From a virus, in IMG/VR virus record IMGVR_UViG_3300045303_000172, positions 1 through 64,000 of that record: 64,000 nt of DNA; one strand, written 5' to 3'. This document shows positions 26,598-35,880 of this stretch, piece by piece. Position 1 is the stretch's first letter; each line of letters starts with the position of its first letter. The notes beneath the pieces are model-generated. The model worked only from the letters and a program-made list of their open reading frames with translations, had not been told where the DNA came from and made no database searches. A program made the translations under genes and the position numbers.

Positions 26598-28745
26598 TCA
26601 TGACGTGCTGCTTCTGAGCATTTGCCTAACCTCAGCCGTCAGGCGCGAGAAACAAACCGCGCCGTTTAAGCCTTCGATTCGCATTTCAAAATAAAAATAT
26701 CTACCAGTGTAGAGGAACGTCCAGTTCATCGTCTTGTTCGGCCTCGTGCCCTCCTGCACCTGATCGTATCCCGAGCGATCATTGAGGCATTGCAGCGTCT
26801 TCGGCTTGAGCGGTCTCCACACCAGGGCGCAGCGCCCCGAAGCATCGTTGTTCGAGTCCACCGCGACGGACGAGTAACCAAGGCTCATTTGGAGTGCGGA
26901 GGGAATGACCTGGATAATGTCCGGCACTTCGTATTCAAGTTCGAGCGCACGCTGGTTCTTGTCCTCGCGCGGGAGCCCGTAGTCCTGTGCCCCGGTGCGT
27001 AGGATCGTCTCGTAACCATCCCGTCGCCACTGACCACAAGGCGTGGTCACGAGAGCTACCTCGTGGTAATAGGCACCGCCGACGGCAGAATACTCCTTCA
27101 GGCACCAATCGAGCGACGACGCCATGACGAGCAACCCGGCTTGCGCGCATTCCTGACACAGATCCTCGATCGTCAGATCGCCCAGCAAGGAACAGAGCGA
27201 AACTGCATCAGGCCTCGGCTGCGTGTAATCCTCGATCAATCGCCCGTCCAGGTCCAAGGAGTTGTTCGTCCAGATCGGGATATTGCGATTGGGCAGCACC
27301 GGAGGGTTCACCGGGGCCTCGGCAGGATCACAGAAACCGCCCTGTTTCACGTTGAGCGTTATCAGGTCCGCATTGGCGGCGAGCTCGGCTGGAGTGCAAA
27401 GCCCGCGGGAGAGCAGGAAGTCCAGAAGCGTCCCACGGTCGTCCGGCGCGTGATTTGTGTAAGCAGAGAACCCAGCATCGATGAAATCGCTGGTTTCGTA
27501 GAGCGTGTTCAGGACGAGCGTGCGCGAAGGAAGTGACTCGCCAACCTGCACCCAGCTCAACCAGTATTCCTTGGTCGCCGGGTAGAACGTGGCTACGTGC
27601 CGGTCGCACGCGAGTTCGTCGATGGTGCCGAAAACCTGTGATGTCGCCCGGTGCATCCATTCAACGCGGTCGGGGCGCGGCAGGAAGAGGTTATAAGTGT
27701 AGATGCCGTCCCGCCCAAGGTAGAGATGGTCTTTGCCGGTGGATACGAGCGTATTACGGTAAGCAATACAGCCCTCCCCATTCTCAGGCTCCGAGTAACG
27801 CTGGGTGAAGTTGAACACCTGATCGCCACCAACAGATTCACACATCCAAATGCCAGTGGTTGTGTAAATCAGGAGCACGTCCTGGATGGGGGCCATGCCG
27901 AGAATGCGGCCACCGTAAGGAAGATTCTCAAAGCCAGCCGTCCCGTTCCCGCCTTCAAGTCCAGGCGTGAAGTTGAGTGGCAGCTTGAACCGGGACCAGA
28001 CCACGCGGTATTCGATGCGTTCCCCGTCCATCTCCACGTCGGCTAGGAAGATCGTGCCTTTCCAAGACACAACCACCGCTGCCTTGGTGAGTCCGATGCC
28101 GTTCAGGGATTCGATGGGTAGAACGGCTTGCATGGCGCACCCTTGGATGGCTGAGTCCAGGGTGTAGGCGAGCACCGGGTCGTAGTTGTTCGTGAGAACC
28201 ACCACGTCGTTGACCTGATCCGCCTTCCAGCGTCGATGGAGCCCGTCACCCGGTTCACCACCGTAGGCGTCGGAAATGATCTGCCAGTTGCCCGCGCCTT
28301 CATCGAGCGCGTAAATGCGGTTTTGTGTGCCCGCCAGAAGGTGCCGGACACCCGTCGTGCTGATTGCCTCGAAAAGAAAAGTGACTGGTTGGCGTCCAAT
28401 CGTGCGGATTTGTTGCGAGCCTGAGCAGAACGGACGGCCAGAAGCATCATTGCCAGGAGGGTAAATCGTGATGTCGGATTGCGGAGCATAAGGCACCTGC
28501 TGATTGGCATAGAACGTCTGGAGGCTGAGGAGCTGGTCGTGGAGGTCTTCGTTGTTGTAGATCGGTCGTAGATGCCGGTAACGAGCCCAGCCGGGCCGAC
28601 GGCAGGCTTTGCCTTGGTCAACCACCATGACGTTCTGACGAAAGCGCCAGGCGCCAGCAGGAACAGCGTCAGGGGTCGAGCGCGTGTCCATCGGGCCGCT
28701 GAGCGGCTGGATGTTGACGGCTTGGTATTGGGCTGGCTGCGGCAT
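26598..28745 (-). CDS. Tail nozzle / tubular protein B (P22 gp10, T7 gp12-like)
   Basis: 715 aa beta-rich; G.MDT...P...P.....NV, VVWS, GRYFYFEMRI patterns; precedes ejection genes. Confidence 0.75.
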   Translation of the reverse strand: MPQPAQYQAVNIQPLSGPMDTRSTPDAVPAGAWRFRQNVMVVDQGKACRRPGWARYRHLRPIYNNEDLHDQLLSLQTFYANQQVPYAPQSDITIYPPGNDASGRPFCSGSQQIRTIGRQPVTFLFEAISTTGVRHLLAGTQNRIYALDEGAGNWQIISDAYGGEPGDGLHRRWKADQVNDVVVLTNNYDPVLAYTLDSAIQGCAMQAVLPIESLNGIGLTKAAVVVSWKGTIFLADVEMDGERIEYRVVWSRFKLPLNFTPGLEGGNGTAGFENLPYGGRILGMAPIQDVLLIYTTTGIWMCESVGGDQVFNFTQRYSEPENGEGCIAYRNTLVSTGKDHLYLGRDGIYTYNLFLPRPDRVEWMHRATSQVFGTIDELACDRHVATFYPATKEYWLSWVQVGESLPSRTLVLNTLYETSDFIDAGFSAYTNHAPDDRGTLLDFLLSRGLCTPAELAANADLITLNVKQGGFCDPAEAPVNPPVLPNRNIPIWTNNSLDLDGRLIEDYTQPRPDAVSLCSLLGDLTIEDLCQECAQAGLLVMASSLDWCLKEYSAVGGAYYHEVALVTTPCGQWRRDGYETILRTGAQDYGLPREDKNQRALELEYEVPDIIQVIPSALQMSLGYSSVAVDSNNDASGRCALVWRPLKPKTLQCLNDRSGYDQVQEGTRPNKTMNWTFLYTGRYFYFEMRIEGLNGAVCFSRLTAEVRQMLRSSTS

Positions 28746-28746
28746 T

Positions 28747-29091
28747 TTAAATCCCGTCGTTGTCTCCCCAGATCAAGAACCCGACATGCCTCTGGAGCCA
28801 CTCCATGAGCGGAGTTGCCTTTGGATCAAATCCATTAACGAGGGCGATTGTCGATGCCGCGCAAATTTGCGGCTTCCAAACGAAGAGGTGACTTTTCCAT
28901 TCATTGATTCCTGGTCCGTCCTCGTAATGGTCATCCCCACCTGAACGCTCAAGCCTGCGCATCTCGCGTTCGACTGTTTGAGCTGTCTCACCCGGTGTCT
29001 CGAAGAGATCGTTAGCACGGTAATTGGCCCATGATTCAACTTCCATGCCGGAAAGCTCCTTCGTGGCGTAAAGATGGAGATGCTGGCCCAT
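28747..29091 (-). CDS. Hypothetical accessory protein
   Basis: Inserted between fibre and nozzle genes. Confidence 0.6.
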   Translation of the reverse strand: MGQHLHLYATKELSGMEVESWANYRANDLFETPGETAQTVEREMRRLERSGGDDHYEDGPGINEWKSHLFVWKPQICAASTIALVNGFDPKATPLMEWLQRHVGFLIWGDNDGI

Positions 29092-29457
29092 TTATCTCCA
29101 AGGGCTTTCGTCACCCAGTTGCGGGAGTAACTCGATGGCGGATTTATAGAGCCATTCCATCAACCTGCAATGTCTCTGCCATGATTCCGCCCCGCACAGA
29201 TGGAGGTATCCTTCTTCGCCGAAATTAACATGCGAGCAACCGTCCCATTTGATCGTTGCGCTCAGGTAAATCTCGCCAGGACCACTGTCGGGATGGTCAA
29301 ACAGTGGCTTGGCCTTGTCGCCCTCTTCATAGCCGACGATTTCACGGACGGAGAACTCTACCCAATGGCTCGCCAGTTCCTCGACGGTAGCTCGAAACTG
29401 CGGGAACCCATCCGGGTCGCACAGATCAAGAGTCTTCTTTTCGGTTGCAGCTTCCAT
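29092..29457 (-). CDS. Hypothetical accessory protein
   Basis: TAATG overlap start; IKWDGCSH....Y.HLCG motif. Confidence 0.7.
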   Translation of the reverse strand: MEAATEKKTLDLCDPDGFPQFRATVEELASHWVEFSVREIVGYEEGDKAKPLFDHPDSGPGEIYLSATIKWDGCSHVNFGEEGYLHLCGAESWQRHCRLMEWLYKSAIELLPQLGDESPWR

Positions 29458-30557
29458 TACGCGACAGGAGTGATCTTCAACGTGCCACCCGCACCCGCTG
29501 TGCCGGTGCCGTTCCAAGCGCCGTTACCGCCTTGATTCCCGCCGCCTGTGTTCTGAGCGCCACCCGTGCCGCCCGTTCCAGGAGGACTGACGACGTTGCC
29601 CTGGGTCCCACCTGTTCCAGCGGTCCCCGGCGTCTGCGTGTCCAATGTGCCGCCTGTTTGGAAGCCGCCAGTGCCCCCTGCTCCACCAGCGCCGTTTTTG
29701 GCCCCGGTCGATCCGGCAGTCCCGCCTCCGCCGCCGTTGGCAATCGTCAGGATCGTGGAAATGCGCTTCACAAGGCTCGGTCCACCATCCACGCCGTTCT
29801 GCGCTTTGCCGCCGCTCAGGTTTCCGGCTGCACCGCCACCGTCCACGAAGACCGAAAGCGTCTCGCCGGGTGTCACAGGGATGAGAGTGGCCTTGAGGTA
29901 TTCACCAGAGCCTCCACCACCACCACCGTAAAAGTCCGCGCCAGCAGGACAGAATGAGCAAGCACTTGAACCGCCACCAGCGCCAGCGCCCCACGCTTCG
30001 ACCGTGATCGTCGCGGCCCCGGCTGGAACGATGTAGCTGCCATTGCCGTGGAAGGTGATTTCGACGAGTCCGCCGCCACCGCCAGTATCGCGGTAACCGC
30101 TGTCTCCAGTAGAGAATCCGCTGGAATCGGTCGCAGTCTTGGCTTTGAGGAAATACCAGTAAACCTGCCCGTCCACCGCCGTCGCGTCGTCGTAGGTCGT
30201 GACCGGTGCCGTGGTTGTGCCGAGCAACGTCGCTGAGGAAGAGTCGTTCGTTGCCCCGCGATAGACTTCGTAGAATGTCGCTCCGCCCACCGGATTCCAA
30301 ACAATGTGAACGTGATCCGTAAACGTTCCGTCGCTGGCTGAAACGCCGCCAGGTGGAGTAAGCTGGCCGACGGTCACGCCGATCGCCGTTTTGAAGTCGT
30401 CCGACACAGTGCCGTCCGCGTTGAACGCCCAGCTATACCACTTGTAGAAAAGAACCGGGAACTCAACAAGAGCCGACAGTAACTTTTGGCAAATGTTGCT
30501 GTTGCTCGCCGGGATTACTGCTTTGAATTGGTCCGGGGTTACGGGGTTGCTAGGCAT
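29457..30557 (-). CDS. Tail fibre/spike with FN3-like and glycine-rich domains
   Basis: VHIVWNPV.GATFYEVYR...YWYFLKA; SYIVPAG....VEAWGAGAGGG then Gly repeats. Confidence 0.8.
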   Translation of the reverse strand: MPSNPVTPDQFKAVIPASNSNICQKLLSALVEFPVLFYKWYSWAFNADGTVSDDFKTAIGVTVGQLTPPGGVSASDGTFTDHVHIVWNPVGGATFYEVYRGATNDSSSATLLGTTTAPVTTYDDATAVDGQVYWYFLKAKTATDSSGFSTGDSGYRDTGGGGGLVEITFHGNGSYIVPAGAATITVEAWGAGAGGGSSACSFCPAGADFYGGGGGGSGEYLKATLIPVTPGETLSVFVDGGGAAGNLSGGKAQNGVDGGPSLVKRISTILTIANGGGGGTAGSTGAKNGAGGAGGTGGFQTGGTLDTQTPGTAGTGGTQGNVVSPPGTGGTGGAQNTGGGNQGGNGAWNGTGTAGAGGTLKITPVA

Positions 30558-30573
30558 ACTCGCGTTTTGCGCG

Positions 30574-30602
30574 ACACTAAGCCCGAGGCTGTTGAGAGGC
30601 AA
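30574..30602 (-). promoter_or_regulatory. sigma70-like promoter for tail fibre gene
   Basis: TTGCCT-17-TAGTGT. Confidence 0.5.
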
Positions 30603-30616
30603 TCACCAAAGCGGCG

Positions 30617-31120
30617 TCACTTCCTCTGCGGGCCGAATCGTAGAAACATCGCCGCTTTCTCCAATCCCTTGTGATCTTCCATCTGCACCAGCGTTTTGTT
30701 TTGGATGCTCGCCAGCGTGCCGAACTGGATGCCCTCTCCAAATGCTTGCATCAGCGCTTGGCGGATGTAGGGCAGCGCCATGACGGCGTTGGTGTCCGTT
30801 GGTTTCAACATCTCAGGAGGCAGCTTCACCCAGCCATTTGATAAAGCTCCACTGGCCTTGAACCATTTATTTGTCCCCTCCTCCACAATCGCGCCAGGAT
30901 CGGCAGATATTACGCCTTCTGGACTTTTGGCAACGCTCAGGAGTTTGATTGGTCCACGCGTCGATGAACCCGGCATGAGCGACGGGCTCTCGGCGTCCAG
31001 TGCGGCTGGCAGGGATGCGATAGCGACTTTGTTCGTGTCGCCCCTTCCGAGTTGGGCAGCGATGGGCGCGAGGATAATTCCGAGGCAGGCAGCGAGAGCT
31101 AGGGTGTGTGCGGTTTTCAT
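30617..31120 (-). CDS. Signal-peptide/TM protein with fibre-type PEG...GW module
   Basis: MKTAHTLALAACLGIILAPIAA; SPEGVISADPGAIV...WFKASG..SNGWVK. Confidence 0.7.
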   Translation of the reverse strand: MKTAHTLALAACLGIILAPIAAQLGRGDTNKVAIASLPAALDAESPSLMPGSSTRGPIKLLSVAKSPEGVISADPGAIVEEGTNKWFKASGALSNGWVKLPPEMLKPTDTNAVMALPYIRQALMQAFGEGIQFGTLASIQNKTLVQMEDHKGLEKAAMFLRFGPQRK

Positions 31121-31136
31121 GGGTGATCTTTGAGTT

Positions 31137-31796
31137 TTAACTTTGATAATGTGTAGCGAGTAATTCCTTAATCGCCTCTGATTTCGACTTTTCCTTATGA
31201 AAGTTCGTCATCGCGTCCAGTGAACCATTGGAGTAATGCGCCAGCGGCACCGTGCCGAAGTTGGGAAACCCGTAGGTGATGCACAGGACGGCAATGCGGT
31301 AGAGGGTCGGCTGGCGCTTCCGAAGAACGCGCATGTCGCAGAGGTGTGGTTGCCCCTGCCACTCGTCATCAGGCTCGGGCACGTAGGCAAGAATCGTATC
31401 AACGATCTTGGAGAAGTCCTCGCGTCGGCCGGCGATGAAGCCGGGGCCACCCGCGCCGTCACCGGACACCGGGAGGGCGCCGAAGTCCCTCGGCGGAAAA
31501 CGACGAATCGGGAACACGTCGAAATCGGCCACAACTGCCGGTTCTTCCACCTGCGAGAAAGCGAGCCACCGCTCGAAGTTGACTGCTTCAAACCCACGTG
31601 AGCCGTGAACACACGGAAAGGACTCAATTTTCTGCTTCATCGCTTCCCAGCGCGGGTCTTTCATGGCGTCGGCTTGGCCGAGGATAGCAGGCTCCCAGCC
31701 TTCCAGCCGCCAGCGTTCTTTCCATAGCTCAGCTACAGCAGCTTGTGCCGTCCAGCCGATGTCCACGAAATAGGAGTAGATGCGGTTGACGATCAT
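31137..31796 (-). CDS. Putative GT-A glycosyltransferase
   Basis: FERWLAF, VVADFDVF DxD motif; cluster context. Confidence 0.65.
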   Translation of the reverse strand: MIVNRIYSYFVDIGWTAQAAVAELWKERWRLEGWEPAILGQADAMKDPRWEAMKQKIESFPCVHGSRGFEAVNFERWLAFSQVEEPAVVADFDVFPIRRFPPRDFGALPVSGDGAGGPGFIAGRREDFSKIVDTILAYVPEPDDEWQGQPHLCDMRVLRKRQPTLYRIAVLCITYGFPNFGTVPLAHYSNGSLDAMTNFHKEKSKSEAIKELLATHYQS

Positions 31797-32443
31797 CGCG
31801 TGATCAGGTCCAGCGTTTGTTTGTCCTTCACCCCATGAAAAGCTGTCGTGCCGCGTTTGATGGCGGCTTCCAACTCCGGGTAATCGGCTTCCGTTATGGT
31901 GCCGCGGCTAAAGCCAGGTGGCTGATAAGGGATTATGGGCACCCGCGCAAGTTTGGCGATAGCAGCCAGCCAGCGGTCGGCGTGGCCTTCCTCGGTCACT
32001 TCCCGGTAAGCGGAAGCTGTATCGTTCATTCGCACCAGAGAAGCATGGTCGATCAGCCATGGCGGATTGGGATAAACCTCAGCCGAGAACCGTTTCGGCT
32101 CTTTGTTTTCAAACAGGATGCCCGCGAGCCCGTTACCTGAGACTGTTGGCCCTGAGGTCAGAAAGGAGTCATACTCAAAGATCAGGTGATACCTGACCTG
32201 TTTGGCGAGCGAAAGGTGTTTCAGTAGCCAGCGCAGCCGCTTGAGTGATTCCAGGCCCGAATGACTGGCCTTTCCAATGCGGGCATCCGTCCAGATGGGA
32301 TACCTCAATAGAAGCGGGTCGTCCTCGGGCGACAGTGTGATCCAATGCCCCTTGGATACTACAAGCGATTCCCAGAGCGCAATATGCCGGTTGAACGTTT
32401 CCCGGACCGCGCCGTGACCAATAATGGTGAGCGTCATTCTCAT
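31793..32443 (-). CDS. Putative glycosyltransferase-like protein
   Basis: LIFEYDS ExD motif, late FHGVK; cluster context. Confidence 0.55.
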   Translation of the reverse strand: MRMTLTIIGHGAVRETFNRHIALWESLVVSKGHWITLSPEDDPLLLRYPIWTDARIGKASHSGLESLKRLRWLLKHLSLAKQVRYHLIFEYDSFLTSGPTVSGNGLAGILFENKEPKRFSAEVYPNPPWLIDHASLVRMNDTASAYREVTEEGHADRWLAAIAKLARVPIIPYQPPGFSRGTITEADYPELEAAIKRGTTAFHGVKDKQTLDLITR

Positions 32444-33048
32444 GGCAGCGCGTATCCAACGTTCTCCGCGTCACCCCAAACCAGCCCGTAACCTCGAGAT
32501 TGCAGGCATCGTTCGATTCTGTCGGAGCCATCTTCCTTGTTCACTTCGGCCACGATCAGCGTCGGGCACATGTTGGTTGGCATCGACTCCACGATGAGCG
32601 AGTCAAGCCCTTCGGTGTCGATCTTGAGCAGGTCGAAGCGGTCAGGCAGGCCGAGTGACCCAATGCGGACCCCGTTCACGGTCTTCGCGGTGAAATTGCT
32701 GAATCCGTGCCTTTTGACCCAGCGCAAATCCATCGAACTCCAGGTTGGCGCGGGTTTGATTTCGTAGAACGTGACAGGACCATCCTTTTCGCACACAGCC
32801 GACTCCACCAGCCTCAGTCTGGGCGGGTTTATGCCGTAGTTCTCGACCAACTCAGCGAACGCCCGCGAGTCCGCTTCCACCATGAAGCCGGACCAACCGC
32901 TCAGCCACAGTGCCCGCGTGTTGCTGGCGTCGAAACCGTTCAATGCGCCGATGTCCACGAAGAAGCCGTCGGTCTTGCCCTTGAAGAACGCGAGGATTTG
33001 AGCCTCACAATCGGCCGGCCACTGAGATTTTGAAGCGGCGGTTAGCAT
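32440..33048 (-). CDS. FkbM-family SAM methyltransferase
   Basis: GFFVDIGALNG...SNT.AL...GWSG.MVEA, DLLKIDTEG. Confidence 0.9.
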   Translation of the reverse strand: MLTAASKSQWPADCEAQILAFFKGKTDGFFVDIGALNGFDASNTRALWLSGWSGFMVEADSRAFAELVENYGINPPRLRLVESAVCEKDGPVTFYEIKPAPTWSSMDLRWVKRHGFSNFTAKTVNGVRIGSLGLPDRFDLLKIDTEGLDSLIVESMPTNMCPTLIVAEVNKEDGSDRIERCLQSRGYGLVWGDAENVGYALP

Positions 33049-34004
33049 TTGATGAGCGGCACGACTCCAACCTTTGAAGCTTTGTCCACCATGGCTTCGT
33101 CCCTCACCCAATCGAAAAAGTTCCTCAGTCTGGTCGGGAAGAACTTGTTTTCCTGGAGTCCTTTCCAGCCCTCGACGGCGTTCTTGTATCCATAGTAGTC
33201 CCTTTTGAACGCAGCCTGCTTCTCCGTCGCGTAAGCAAAATGCTGGAACCGGCCAATGAGGTCCGTCTCCGCGTGCGTGAAAGGCCGCATCTTGGCGAGG
33301 TCCATGCCATTGCGAGCGAGAACAGGGGGCTCGTGGCTCACCCAATGGTCGCCGGGTTGGTAATTCCACACCCGTAGCCACTCGTAGCCGAGATTGTTCC
33401 CATAGGTGTTCAGCGAAGTGGTGACGATGTCAGGCCCGACGAAATACCAGCATTTGAAGTAAGCAGCCGTCCGAGTTGGGTAAGCGAGGAACATCTGTCG
33501 GACGGCAGTGATCTGCTCAGGAGTCCAGCACTCATCATTATCAACCTCGAATAAAAGGCACGGCTCGTTGATCCATTTCAACGGTTCGCGGACCATCTCT
33601 ATCTTTCCGTCCCACTTCTTCCCGCAGCACTTTGAGGAAACGCGCACACGCCCATTCTCGCCATGCAGTCCTTGAATGCCAGCGATGTAGCGCATTGTGC
33701 CGTCGTCAGCGCCAGGGATGGGTGCTCTGCCGCCAGCAGGAACGCTCCAGGCTGTATCGTGCTTGAGGTCGGCTATGCCTTCAATTATGTGCCACGTCCA
33801 GCGGAACGGTAATCGCTTAAAAACTTCCAAATGATGCGTGATGAAAGGCATCCCATTCCGCACGATCGTAAAAAAGACAACCGGCAGTTTCTCCATGGCG
33901 TAAAAAGTCTCGGGTGGAAGTTTCGCAAAAGCATCTCGATATTCCTTGGACGTGATGCGCTTTGACCCGTTTTCTAGGATTTCAGTCTCAATGCCGGTGT
34001 TCAC
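33042..34004 (-). CDS. GT2-like glycosyltransferase
   Basis: FTIVRNG.PFI, IIEG, DDGT, EVDNDE.W, FQHFAY. Confidence 0.8.
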   Translation of the reverse strand: MNTGIETEILENGSKRITSKEYRDAFAKLPPETFYAMEKLPVVFFTIVRNGMPFITHHLEVFKRLPFRWTWHIIEGIADLKHDTAWSVPAGGRAPIPGADDGTMRYIAGIQGLHGENGRVRVSSKCCGKKWDGKIEMVREPLKWINEPCLLFEVDNDECWTPEQITAVRQMFLAYPTRTAAYFKCWYFVGPDIVTTSLNTYGNNLGYEWLRVWNYQPGDHWVSHEPPVLARNGMDLAKMRPFTHAETDLIGRFQHFAYATEKQAAFKRDYYGYKNAVEGWKGLQENKFFPTRLRNFFDWVRDEAMVDKASKVGVVPLIKC

Positions 34005-35506
34005 AGGAGCTTAAAACCGTTCATTGCCGCTGTCCCTTGGCCATGCCAGCCGAAATTCGAGCAAAAATAGCGGCCTTCACAGGAAAAGGCTGCGGCCACG
34101 CCCTCAGGCGCGAACCGTATGCCCATGGCTTCGAGTTTCGGCCTCAGCACCCGGCACATATAAATGTCCGACATCGCGGCCATGTCATCGTTGGGGTCCG
34201 TGAGCGACGAAACCGCCTGTGCGAATCGCTTGCTGAGCAACGCGAACCCGAGGTTGCCAACGCAGTTGTCCTTTGTGCAGGGCGGCAGGGCTTTGATGTG
34301 CGGAGCCCACGGAATCGAGCACTGATCGAACGGCCATGGCCACGGCGCGCCGATGTAATCGTATTGCAGCCATTCTGGGTTCCACGCCGCTGGGTTCGCT
34401 ATCCGAGCATCCCACTCGACATGGAGGCAATGACTCGTCTCAAAATGCTTGTGCAATTCGCACGTCAGGAACTTCTCGCGGTCAGCCCGGTTGCCGCCCT
34501 GGATGATCGGTTTGATGCGGACCCCGCGATGATCGCCGCCAGGCAGTTGATTGCCCGGTTTGCAGATCAACACGACTTCCGGCACCTGCACCATGCGTTG
34601 CGAGAACCAAAGAGCTTGCAGCGTCCGCGCCGGGGTGAAGTTATCTACGCCAATGATCGTCACCGGCAATTCCAGGCGTCCAGTTATCACCTTCTGATGA
34701 TGTGAGATCGCTCTTTGGACGGCAGCATTGATCTCGTTGCGGCGGTGCTGGTATTCACCGTAACGCATCGAAAGGACGATGTTGCCACCCCGAAGCTTCG
34801 GGCCGCACCAAAGGTCCGTTGTGCGCCCGGTTGGGCTATCGGCGTAATCCCGCAGCAGGGCAATGGTGGGTGTCTTGCTGGCAGCGGCGAGGTGCAAGGT
34901 GCTTGTGTCCACCGTCACAAGGCAAATCGCGTTGTCGATCAGTCCGAGCAAATCGAAAATCTTCGCCGCTTTGAACCGGCGCATGTCCACGACAACCGCC
35001 TCGTTCACCCAGCGCGTTTGCAGTTCGGTCAAAAGCTGGTCCTCGGCATGGAACTTCCCGGAGATACCACGGGTGTTGACCAGAATGTAAGGTCGCCCCC
35101 GCAGCCGCAGGGATTCCATGAGCTTGTGCTCGCGCTCATGGGAACGCCGGTCGATGACGAGCTTCAACTCCGGGTCGCTCCAGCGGTCGAGGAAACCACA
35201 GTTGTGCCACTGGTCCATGTTGAAAGCCTCACAGACACGCTGACGAGCGCGGGAACTGTCGGCAACCTGGGCGACGATGACGCGCTCGAACTTCCCGTTG
35301 AGCGTCACGGCAGCAGTGTGCGGCTGCATCATGTCACCTTCCCAGCGGACGGCTTCGACGTAGGAGACACCTTCCATCAAGTCCATGAACTCGCGGTGAA
35401 CGAGCATGGCGACTTTCCCGCCTTCCTCCTTGGCGATGGCGTGTGCCACCGGGAGAAGGTTCAGGATGTCGCCGTAGCGGCCGAGCTGGACAAGGCAGGT
35501 CTTCAC
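34001..35506 (-). CDS. GT9 (heptosyltransferase-like) fused to DUF5672-like domain
   Basis: GRYGDIL..LP, VTVDTSTLHLAAA...PTIAL; FETSHCL.V.WD..I.NP..W..EWLQYDYIGAPW, VGN.GF.L.SKR. Confidence 0.85.
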   Translation of the reverse strand: MKTCLVQLGRYGDILNLLPVAHAIAKEEGGKVAMLVHREFMDLMEGVSYVEAVRWEGDMMQPHTAAVTLNGKFERVIVAQVADSSRARQRVCEAFNMDQWHNCGFLDRWSDPELKLVIDRRSHEREHKLMESLRLRGRPYILVNTRGISGKFHAEDQLLTELQTRWVNEAVVVDMRRFKAAKIFDLLGLIDNAICLVTVDTSTLHLAAASKTPTIALLRDYADSPTGRTTDLWCGPKLRGGNIVLSMRYGEYQHRRNEINAAVQRAISHHQKVITGRLELPVTIIGVDNFTPARTLQALWFSQRMVQVPEVVLICKPGNQLPGGDHRGVRIKPIIQGGNRADREKFLTCELHKHFETSHCLHVEWDARIANPAAWNPEWLQYDYIGAPWPWPFDQCSIPWAPHIKALPPCTKDNCVGNLGFALLSKRFAQAVSSLTDPNDDMAAMSDIYMCRVLRPKLEAMGIRFAPEGVAAAFSCEGRYFCSNFGWHGQGTAAMNGFKLL

Positions 35507-35880
35507 TTCTGATTCGTGCCTTCGACGCCGCGCGCCATTCGATCTCGCGTCCGCTTCTGGAGCCATTGCAGCCCGGTTTCGATGTGGGTCAACGCGATGG
35601 TGTTCTCGCGGGATTTGAACGGGCCTTCACCGAACATCCGAAGCCGGTCAATTACGACGGCGAGGAGTGCTTCCTGCGAGATGCCGTTGAACCCCGCCTC
35701 TTTGACGGGGCCGTTTTGAAATGAGATGCGCCAGCAGTTTACTACTCCTGGCTTGCTCGCTTCCGGTGCGAGCATGATTTCGTACTCGTGGCAAGCTCCG
35801 CCCTGCCCCGGCTCGTCCAGGACATTGATTTCGATAGCTTCATTTAAGCCGCTGACCTTGTGGTCTGTGAGATTTCGCAT
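35503..35880 (-). CDS. tad1: Tad1-family immune-signal sponge (anti-Thoeris)
   Basis: G.GGACHEY, ISFQNGPVKE.G.NG, LL.V..DRL..F..GPF.SREN..ALTHIE..L.WL..R..DR..RGVEGT match Tad1. Confidence 0.88.
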   Translation of the reverse strand: MRNLTDHKVSGLNEAIEINVLDEPGQGGACHEYEIMLAPEASKPGVVNCWRISFQNGPVKEAGFNGISQEALLAVVIDRLRMFGEGPFKSRENTIALTHIETGLQWLQKRTRDRMARGVEGTNQK

